From assembly GCF_009914755.1 (NCBI RefSeq), contig NC_060932.1: a stretch of DNA of 64,000 bases; one strand, given 5' to 3'. This document shows, one piece after another, positions 31,687-44,330 of the stretch (its first letter is position 1; every line of letters starts with the position of its first letter). The DNA is from the human T2T-CHM13v2.0 reference genome, Homo sapiens. The notes under the pieces are model-generated. The model was not told the DNA's origin. It saw only the letters and a program-made list of their open reading frames with translations, and searched no databases. A program made the translations under genes and the position numbers.

Positions 31687-32808
31687 CTTTTCAAAGAAAT
31701 AGGAAAATGAACTTTGCTCAACTACCTGGATCCTTTCATACTGTTTAATATTAAAAGTGTAAAAAAAGCAACATTTGCTAAAATAGTACAGTACTTGGAA
31801 CTTTAAGAAAACTCTTCCACTTTTAAAGTACCTTGGATTAACGTTAAACAATTTATAATTTTCAGTCATTTTAAATTAATTTGTAAAATTTTTCCTGCAC
31901 AAATCCTCTGGGGAATGCACTATGTGGATTTCAATTACCTATGCTCTCCTTTTCCTGCATTGCTGCAGATACGCAAGGTATGCTTTTACATCGGTTAGTC
32001 AGTGTGAACTGTCTCTTATTCCAGGATGCACACTAAGCTGAGAACTATCCAATCCTCTTTATCTTTGCCATGTACCCTGAGGTAAAACACAGCAACAAAT
32101 AAGGGAGATGATATTGGTAGAGACAATATTGATATCCAGTCTGACTACCACACATAGGAAGAGGCTGAAGTAATACTTAGAGCTTTGAAAGGCTAACAGT
32201 TTTGGCCTCGGGTTATGATGGTTTACTCCTGTTCACAATACAGATACGTGTATTTTAGTCACACTAAATACAAAGTGTGGCCAAAGACATTCTTTTCTGT
32301 GGACAAAATAGTTTTTGAAGATATTCTGAAATAACTCAGTCATCATGACATCCTACTATTCCCAAAGAGTGGATGTTTACATGAGTTAGTGTAGCATAGC
32401 AGAAAAAGCACGAGCTTTGATGACATATTACTCCTGGGCTGGAGGGCCAGCTCAGCCCTTTACTAGCTGTGTCACCCTATGCAAGATACATGCTGTGTCA
32501 GAACATAGTAGCCCCAGGAAATCATAGTTGTTGGCCTCTTTCCCTCTTGACAACTAATCCATCAGCCTTCTTTGATATTCTACAATGTTTCTATGAAGCT
32601 GCAGCATCTCTAAAGCTTTTGGTTATTCCCTGTAAAGAATACCCTTAGCTGTGGTTATGCTGGCAGAATCTCTAGACTTTCATTTCACACGCTCAGTGGC
32701 ACCCCTAGTTTCCCATTAGCGCTTGTACCATACCCGGGAGAACATCACTTCATGCCTGTCTAGGAGATCTGACATTTGGTTCATTGGTCACTCAAGAATG
32801 CCAATCTA

Positions 32809-33126
32809 GGCCAGGCACAGTGGCTCACACCTATAATCCCAGCACTTTAGGAGGCCAAGGCAGGAGGATCACTTGAGGCCAGGAGTTTGAGACCAGCCTT
32901 GCCAAAATAGCAAGACTGTCTCTACAAAAAACATAAAAAATTATCTGGGCATGGTGGTACACCCTTGTAGTTCCAGCTACTCAGAAGCGGAGGCAGGAGC
33001 ATTGCTTGAGCCCAGGAATTCAAGGGTACAGTGAGCTCAGCATCAAATGTACCCTTGCGGTTTGAGTACCACTGCACTCCAGCCTAGGCAATAGAGTGAG
33101 ACCTCATCTCTTAAAAAAAAAAAAAA
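32809..33126 (+). mobile_element. AluJ-like SINE with a short non-consensus insert
   Basis: Full dimer plus A-tail. Confidence 0.88.
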
Positions 33127-33559
33127 GAGGAATAAAAAATGAACACCAATGCAGTTCAAAACACCAAGCAGTGTGCAGAAGATAAGCTGATAAATTCAGA
33201 TACTATAAAAACCAGTAGAAATCAACTAAATAAGCCTCTGGAAGAATTTAATGTAAAATAATAAATAACATTACTACAATTTTTAAAAATTGTAAAGGCC
33301 ATTTATTTACATGTTTGGGGTTCTGTTCTACACAGACTGTTCTGTATAGACTGTTCTGTGACCTGTCAGTCAATTACAGTACAGGAGTCTAGTAACTCAT
33401 TTATCTTTAAAGAAGTGCATCTTGACCAGAGAACATGAGAATGTCAACAAATCATAAGGAAATAAATAAAGCAAGTTGGTCAAGGTCCTTGTAACTGAAG
33501 CCAAGAAAAAGCCTGGGAAATTAATGAATAATAAGCTCCCAGGAAACTCAAACTGAGAA

Positions 33560-34540
33560 AAGCAGTAAGCCATGATGAGAATAATACCTGAGATGATTAA
33601 ATATATAGTCCAAATATTACTGCCTACGATCCTAAATCTTACCCACCCGCAAAAGAGAACAGCCAAAAAGCTGAAGTTGCTCATTTTTATCTCAATGAGA
33701 GAGAGGAGGGATAAGGACGAGGCAAGAAGGGGGGAGGAGAGGGAGGGAGGGAGGGAGGAAGACAGAGGGAGGAAAGGAGAGAGAGACAGCACACGAACAC
33801 GAGCAAGAGAACAAGGGCAAAAAATACTTGCTGACAGTAGGTATGATATTAAGAATATTGTATTATATTGCATTAGAAATATAGACGATTGAAAGCTGAC
33901 ATAAAGAACTGATTTGGATTTAGAAAAGATCAGAATATAAGATAGTTTTATTTCCATTTTAAAATGAGTATGTAAACAACTATTAAGTTCAGTACATTAA
34001 AAAAAAAAAAAGTCTTGCTGCCTTTATTGATTTGGAGAAAGCCTGCCACATACTCTTACAAAGACAGGATGTCAAGCAAACCAATAAGTCATTCAAACCC
34101 AGTGTATATAAGGTTCCTTAAGTATTTGAGGAATCAACATGGAGAATTCTGAAAATCTGAGACCCACATGGGAGTAAAGAAAGAATGCATCTTAAGCAAA
34201 TTTTACTTATTGTTCTCTTTGTTATCCTGAAAAAGTCACTCAAGAGAACAAAAAAGGGTTTGCAAATAAGACCATATAATCCTATTTGCAGAGGATGACA
34301 CTTCTTATGAGACTTAGAAACCTGCAATACAATCTGAGCTTATAAGACTGAGAACTCCAAAGCAGGAGAGTGATCAAGACTGACAAGAGTATGACCATGG
34401 TGATCTCTCAGGAAGCTAAAATCACCCCAGTTATGCATAAGAAATTCTGGCCAGAAACTGAACACTTCAGAGCTGGTGAACTCATGATAAAATCAAACAG
34501 ATGAAGAGCTAAACTTATAATCTTAGTTGTCACTTGACTC
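33560..34540 (+). mobile_element. Highly decayed ancient non-LTR retrotransposon RT fragment (RTE/L4-like)
   Basis: Collinear RT motifs: FGFRK at 33913-33927, FIDLEKA at 34023-34043, GVKKECILS at 34171-34197 followed by LLFSL, and ILFAEDD at 34279-34299. Many stops and frameshifts. Confidence 0.6.
33697..33800. repeat. GA-rich low-complexity tract
   Basis: gagagaggaggg...gggagggagggagg seen directly. Confidence 0.85.
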
Positions 34541-34867
34541 TTGTTTAATCAAAATGTAATTCTAATATAATCAAAATAAGTATATCCTGTTACTTCTCAA
34601 ATTTAGAAAGGCCAGACTCCCCTGCAAATGCTTGAGAACCCTGTATTAGACCTCATAGTTCCTCAACAAAGGGAAAAGTTTAGAGTAAATGATACGCATG
34701 CTATTCCAGGAATAGTGTTCTAGGAAGGCTACAAAAGGGACAATTTCTGCTTATACACAGGGAAAAAGGGAGTTGTATTCACTGCAGCCCTAGTGTATGG
34801 TATCCAGCATGATACCTAGCACTTAAAAGGAGTCCACTACATATCTGTTATATGAAGGAGAGGTTAT

Positions 34868-35070
34868 AGCTAACAATTACTGAGTGGTTTACTATATGCC
34901 GGCACTGAGCATGCAGTAACTCATCTAATCCTCACAATAGCCTGATAAGGCAAATACATATTGTTATCATTTCCATTTTACAGTTGAGGAAACTGAAAAA
35001 CAGAGAAGATAAGTTGCTTGGCCTAGGTGGAACCAGGTTTCAAATGAAGATAGAGTGGCTCCACAGCACC
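34868..35070 (-). mobile_element. MIR SINE
   Basis: tttactatatgccggcact, taatcctcacaa, ccattttacagttgaggaaactga. Confidence 0.75.
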
Positions 35071-35433
35071 CCCTAACCTCAATACTACATTACTATATTC
35101 CTCTCAACTTAAAAGTGAATGATTGCAAGGGAGAGACAGGACCAGCAAGGGCCAGGTTCTCAGCTATGTGGGAGTAAAGCAATCAGGACTAGCAGAAGGA
35201 CAAGTTCAAAGTGAAAGGATGCATGTGAGATCTGAATGGGGAAGTGCTGGGAGTGAATGTACTTTGTGACTATAGACTCCAAGTACCTCTTAACATTGGG
35301 CATGATCTGACCTTGAGGCAGCTACAAGATGAGGATGGGCTAGATCAGTGGTTTCATCTTTGCCTATATACCGGAAGTACATGAGGAGCTTTAAAAAATA
35401 CTGAGGACAAGTCAGTAAGAAAAAGACCACTGA

Positions 35434-35736
<303 letters not shown>

Positions 35737-36027
35737 TCAGCACAAAAACTAGCACAGGTTATACACTTACAGACCACAGAAAAGGAAATATAAATGATTT
35801 TATGCATATGAGAAGATGTTTGACCTCATTCATAATCAAAGAAATGCAAATTAAAATGCCAAAGAGGTATCATTCTTCACCTAATTATATTGGTAAAAAA
35901 CTCCAAAACATTCAAAACAGCCTCGTCTCTAGTCTAGATTATTGTAATAACCTCCCAACTGCTCTCTTAATCAGCAAAACGGTTTTTATTTATTTATTTA
36001 TTTTTTTTTTGCTCAAAACCTGCGTTG

Positions 36028-36306
<279 letters not shown>

Positions 36307-37279
36307 TCATAGTAGCCAGAATCTTTACAATGGCCTACAAGGCCTTACATAAATCAGGCTCCCAGTCACATCTCTGGCTTCTTCTACCACTCACCTCTTC
36401 ACTTACTCTTCTCTAGCCACACTAGTCTCCTTTCTGCTCCTCAAACTCACCATATAAGCCTCCACGTTAGGGCCTTTACAATGGCTGATCTCCTGCTTCT
36501 CCCTCAGACATCCTCAAGGCTCACTCTCTCACCTTCTTAAAGTCTTCGCTCAAATCTCACCTCTCAGCAAGACCTAATTCAAATTGTGATTCCCATCCTT
36601 TTACTCAAACAGGGCTCTATTCTTCCTATATAAGCACTTTTCACTTTCTAATCTACTATACAATGTACTTGTATTTATTTTTTATTTTCTATCTCCCCCA
36701 ACTAGAATGTACACTTCATGAGGACAGAAATGTCTGTTGATGTACTCCAAGTACCCATAAGAATGTCTCACCACGTGTATGTATAAAGATACATTCTGCA
36801 ACACTGATAACATCAGAAGATTCAAAACAACTAAATGTCCATGAATACAGGACTAAGAAGTTAAATAAATTACAGAGAAATCACACAGTGGGATACTAAA
36901 CCGTTCTTAAATAAATAAAGCAGTAACCCTATTTCCAGTATGGCCAAGTAAACTCTCACTGAACTGATTCTCCTGCAGGAAACAATAAATTCTGAACAAA
37001 CTGTAAAAAAACAATCATCTAAAGGTACCAAAAAGTCAATGAAACAGGTGGACACTGGAGGCAAGTTAACATCTGGAAAAAAAGAACAGCATAGGATGCA
37101 TTTCTCTCCCTTTTTTTTCTTTTAATAGCTTGAATTTGAAGGCAAGCCCATCTATTCCATGTGAAATAGCTAAAATGCCACTGGAAAATAGTCATACTGG
37201 TTTGAAGACCCAGCGATAAGGGCTCATATTCCAAAGCCCCTGGAATATGGAGGAGGAAATATTAGAAATAAAAATCTGA

Positions 37280-37693
<414 letters not shown>

Positions 37694-37800
37694 TCAAAGA
37701 AATTTAGCTACGAGATTAGAATTTGAGGTGCCTGCCACCCAATGCAGAAAAGTTTTGTTGAGACCCCAGCAAACTAACTGCCTGCCTAAAAAATTTTTTT

Positions 37801-38134
<334 letters not shown>

Positions 38135-38309
38135 TCACAGGAACATAATAGAATCTAGGTTCTACAACATATAATTTTACAATGTCCAGAATACAATCCA
38201 AAATTATTCAACATATGAAACAGGAAAAAATGATCCATTCTCAAGAGAAAAAAAACTGTAAGCAGAAAACTACCCTGAAATGACCGAGATGTTAGAATTA
38301 GCAGCAAAG

Positions 38310-38659
<350 letters not shown>

Positions 38660-39196
38660 TTAATGAATAAATGTATGGAGAATTTCAGCAGAGAACAGTA
38701 ATTATAAAAAGTAGCCAAATTCTAGAATATGATATTCAAATTTAAAATTCACTGGATAGACATAATAGCCAAAAGGAGATGACCAAGGAATTAAGATTAA
38801 TCAACAGAAATTATACTACCTAACTATTAGAAAAAAAGAAGTTAAAAAAATGAACTGAAGCTTAGGGACCTGTTAGACAAAATTAAAAATAATTAAAATT
38901 AAAAAAAGGTCTAACAGAAGGAGAGGAGGAAAAGGGGGGAACAGAAAAATATTAAAAGACCTAAGACCCAAAAATTTCCTTTGGTAAAAGGCATATTTAC
39001 ATATTCAAGAAGCTCAGTGAACTAGATTAATATAAAGAAAACCACACAAGATATGTTATAGTTTAACTGCTAAAAGCTAAAAAGACATATTATTTATGGG
39101 GAGCAACAATTCAAATGATGGATGACTTCTCAAGAGAAAAAATGTGAGGCCAGGAGACAAGTGGAACAACATCTTTAAAGTCTTTATAAAGTGCTG

Positions 39197-39231
<35 letters not shown>

Positions 39232-40090
39232 AAGAAAAAAAAGAAAAAACTGTCAACTCCGAATTCTATATTCAATGAAAATATCTTCAAAACTGAAGGC
39301 AAAATAAAGATGTTTTCAGTAAACAAAAATTCAGAGAAATCATTGCCAGAAGACCTGCACTACAGGAAATACTAAAGGGTGTTCAAACTGAAGAGAAGTA
39401 AAGCCAGACAGAAATCTGGATCTTCAGAGAAAACAAAAACAAAAACAAACACAAACACAAAAACAAAACAAAAAAAGGGAAATGATAGATATGTGGGCAA
39501 ATAAATTCAAGACCTTTTTCTCTTAATTTCTTTAAGATATAGACTAAAGCAAAAAATCATAACATTGTGGAAGTTATGATCTATATAAATGTAATACAAA
39601 TGACATCTATATATGGGGTGGGAGTTAAATAGACCTATATGGTTGCAGGGTTTCTAAAATTTTCATAATCAGTTTAGAAAAAATAATGCAGCTTCTTACA
39701 TACTGACATGGAATGCTGTTTAAGGTATTTTTCAAAGGAAAAAAAAACAGATTCGGAATACTATTACAGAATGATACTTTCTTAAAGTAAATACATATAC
39801 ATATACATATCCAGAGAATATCCTGAAAGGATAATACATGAAACTGGCAGGGGCAGGGGCAAAATTAGGTAACTGGAATGCAGGGGTGGCATAGTATTTA
39901 CATTAATATTTGAATTTTTTATATTTTATACCGTATAAAATAAATACAAAAAATTAAATACCCACAAAAATAAAAAAGTAAAGGCTCTGAGAACTTCTAC
40001 AATAAGAAAACGTTTAAATTTTCCTTGATCCAGCATTTTACAAACCTATATGACTATAGGAAACTGACTCCTCTCCCTTTTTCAAATAAT

Positions 40091-40656
40091 AGCTATTTCT
40101 ATCCCAACAGTGACTGGTATTGCTTACACCATATTAAAAAACACTTATTTTTTTAAATCAATTTTTTACTAGTTGTACCAACTAAATCTAGTAAGAATAT
40201 AACCCAGGTCATTTGAAATATTCTTTTTTTTTTTTTTTTTAAAAAGAGTCCATCAGAGTAACTTCAAATATAATTGCAATTTCACTGGCAGTCTAATAAA
40301 ATTCCACCCACTAAAGTTCTAGACTTAATATTTTCCAAGACATTCTTAAATTCAGTCACTGTCCCATGCTTACCTGTTTTTAAAAACTCATTAGGTACCT
40401 CTGTTATTACTGTCCAAACTGAATGATATCAACTATTTCTGAAAACATAAAAAATTGCTTGTTGAACATACAAATGATTCCATAAGAAGATGCCACAATA
40501 TATTTTAGTTGCTAAAGATTAATATGAAATGATCACATGACCTGAGTCATATTCTTACTAGATTTAGTTGGTACAAGTAGTAAAAAATTGATTTAAAAAA
40601 ATGTGTTTTTTAATATGGTGTAAGCAATACCAGTCAGTGTTGCAACAGAAATAGTT
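40091..40656. repeat. Non-Alu inverted repeat with ~120-bp arms (40091-40212 and 40537-40656)
   Basis: Hand alignment of the reverse complement gives 8 substitutions and one 2-nt gap. Confidence 0.93.
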
Positions 40657-40776
40657 GATTAATATGAAATGATATCAACTATTTCTGAAAACATAAAAAA
40701 CTGCTTGTTGAACATACAAATGATTCCATAAGAAGATGCCACAATATATTTTAGTTGCTAAAGATTAATATGAAAT
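40422..40776. repeat. 109-bp direct repeat (40422-40530 and 40668-40776)
   Basis: 108/109 identical by hand alignment (aaaaaattg vs aaaaaactg). Confidence 0.93.
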
Positions 40777-42154
40777 ATAACCATTATTTTGATACAAAAA
40801 AGAAAAACAAACCCACAAATTCTTGTTAAAGTTCAACAGATATTATTTAAATTGTAGTATCTTGTTTTTAACAATTTAACAGTTTAATAGTGAAAATTTT
40901 TTCTATGATACATTAATTTCACTGGTTCGAGTTTCTAAATCCACTTGAAAATTTTCTTTAATAGTATATTTTATTCAATTTATCTTTGTACCTACACTAA
41001 CAAAGGAAAAAGAATACAATTTGTGAATACCCAGAAATTCCTTAATCATGGAGAATGTATACAATTGTTTCTATGCTCTTTGAAGGGAGGACATGATCCT
41101 AGTTTCATTTGTGCTAACAAGGAGAATTTATTACTAAAAGATCTGGGAGATGAATGAGATGCTAAAACGAAAGACATGGAAGCCTAGCAACATATTCTAG
41201 TCTAGCTAACCCTTCCTAAGAAAAAAAGATAGTACTAATAGTAAGGTGCTAATGAGCCGTACTTGGTACCCTCATGCTCGACAACCTTCTCAGATCACTC
41301 AGGTTGAAAATAAACTTCTGTATTACAACTGAAACTAAAAATTACACTGAAAAGGACGTGTTTAGCACCGTAGAGGCTCCTACATATTTAAAGCTACTTC
41401 TTTAAAATTCCATGTTTTAGATGTTTGAACAAGACATCAATAATTCCATTATCCTTGTTCTGGTTTGATATTATTTTTATCTCTCCCAAACCATAAAATT
41501 TGCAAAAGAAAAAATTCAACTGCAAAATTATTCAATATTTGGAAACGAAAATTTAACAAACCCTCTTAAGAACCAATAAAAGCTATCAAATAGAATACAA
41601 ATAGATACATAAAATTTTATACACTGGTAACAGCATTCAAATCAAAGAGGTGAAGTATTCTAAGAATATTTACTCCAGTTGTGTTAGGAACAAACTAAAT
41701 TATGACTTCCTCGGGCCAACTAAATCCAGTAAGAATAACATTCTGTTGCTAATATGATCATATGAAATAATTATTTTTAAAAAGAACTTAGCCTATCAAA
41801 GTCAACTTCAAATATAAAAAGTGTTCCCCATCAATCAACTGTATAGAAACAATATAAAATTATTCAAGATTTATTTTACAAAGATACTTCTCAAACCCAA
41901 GTGCTTCCTATAATAATATACATCATATACTGTTTACTGATCAATAGGAAAAAAGAAAAAAATGAAACAAAATTAGAATAAAATATACAACTTCTACCAG
42001 AAAAAAAAAGAGACTAGAACCAGCAGGGACAAATAAGTGGAACTGATTAGAAGACACTGACTTAAAGAATTGGTTATATATAAAACATAGCTTCCTATAT
42101 TGGATATACCTAAACTTATAATCCCATACACTCTATTATTCATTAATACAGACT

Positions 42155-42468
42155 AGAGGTCCACAAACGTTCTGAAAAGAGCCAAATAGTAAATATTTTA
42201 GGCTTTGCAGGCCATAAGGTTTCTAACACACCTTCTCAATACTGCTGTTGTATTGAGAAAGCAGTCATAGACAATACATCAACAAATGAGGGTGGTGGTG
42301 CTCCAATAAAATTTTGTTTTTATGGACACTGAAATCTGAATTTCATATAATTTCTACACATCACAAACCAATCTTCTACTAATTTTTTCAATGATTTTTA
42401 AATATACAACCTTAGATCATGGGACATACATAAAAAGAAAGCTGTGGGCTCTAGACTGCCAACCCCTG
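42155..42468. mobile_element. MER58-like (hAT-Charlie) element
   Basis: gccaaatagtaaatattttaggctttgcaggccata...tgccaacccctg. Confidence 0.75.
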
Positions 42469-42873
42469 CCTCATCTAGAAATACATGAAAAGTAGTTACT
42501 AGAAATACTTTCCAAACATTCTTTCTAATAACTGAATATCAATAATGTTGCATTTTTACTATGCCATTATTTTTACCATATGTAAGTTCTAAAACAGTAT
42601 AATCTGCCAAAATAATGACGGAATCAAAGCTAAGAAAGCTAAAATGAAGTATTCTTAATATTTCAAAGCCACAAAAAAGAAGCAATAAAAAAAACAGAAA
42701 AGTGTTGTTTCATTACACATTCCTAGGTCATAAATTTCACGTAGACTTAAACTAACTCTATATAATACTTGCCCACTGAGTGATACAAAGTTATTAGTTA
42801 TATTATGCCAAATTTAGAATTTCATTAATTCCAAATGTAATATAGTATTAAAATGTGGCCAAAAGAATCCTGG

Positions 42874-43103
42874 AGCCTGGGTGACATGGTGAAACCTCGT
42901 CTCTACAAAAGACACAAAAATTAGCCAGGCATAGTGGCCCTTGGACCACCTGGTCTATATTAACGAGCTACTAGGGAGGCTGAGGTGGGAGGATGGCTTG
43001 ACCCCAGAAAGTGGTGGTTGCAGTGAGCCAAGATGGTGCCACTGCACTCCAGCTTGGGCAACAGAATGAGACCCCTGTCCTCCTACCCCTGCAAAAAAAA
43101 AAA
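42874..43103 (+). mobile_element. 5'-truncated AluJ-like SINE
   Basis: TSD aaaagaatcctgg on both sides. Confidence 0.87.
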
Positions 43104-43965
43104 GAATCCTGGTAGTTTCATAGTTAACACTGTTTCATATGGTAATACTGAAATGTCTTAGAAAACTCAAAGGACAAAGTTGTGAAAACTGTATTTTAAT
43201 TATAGCTTACCCTTTAACTAGTTGTTAAGATCTTCAGCAAATCATGTCAGCCAGCATTTCCTAAAGTTTGCCCTGTATCCACAGATCATTCATTAATGTA
43301 ACAGGATCTATGGCCAATTGAGTCTGAGAAATGCTACACATTATATACATCTCTAGAAGATTTATAATGTACTTAAGCAGATCATAAATTCTGAGAAGTT
43401 CCGCAGTAAAGAAAACTGTTGGTTTAATCTGGTATTGTCCAAACTTAACCACTTTTTGTGTGTCATACTTATTAACATCCAAAAAAACCTAAAATTTCTT
43501 AAAACATACTTTAGAAAATTTTCTAATCTCTAGTCGAAATCAGATAAACATCCCTTTGGGTTCTAAATTTTAGAATTCTGTGAGACTAATTCTAAGTGGT
43601 AATTTTGTGAAAGCTGTTCAACTATTAAGTTCAGGTTTACAAACCTGGAACCTCTGGATCAAATGTACTCTTTTATACTCCCACAACACTATGAACTTCC
43701 TCTACTAGAGCACTTATCTTTAAGTAGACATCATTTCTCTAACTTTCTAGACTTACTCCTTAAGTGGGAGATGGAACCATCCTAGTTTCTTCAACACTTA
43801 GGAGAATGCTTGGATCACTCACTAAATGTGTTTCGGTTTTGGTTTTGTTTCTATTTTATTGCAATAATCTCCCACTTGATCTACCCATAACCACTCTTGC
43901 CTTTCTCCTACTGCTTCTCTATGCAAACATGGTCAGGTCTCCCCCGCTCAAAAACTTTCATCTTT

Positions 43966-44330
<365 letters not shown>

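Noticed and set aside
31969-32081. Apparent + strand 9-nt microexon (cag|ATACGCAAG|gtatgc) and a 57-nt exon
   Set aside because: The implied intron is only 47 nt, too short for the spliceosome, and no + strand transcript is evident.
33397-33957. 186-aa hydrophobic minus-strand ORF resembling a membrane protein
   Set aside because: It is the T/C-rich antisense of a GA-rich tract and a decayed LINE. It has no domain motif and no splice support.
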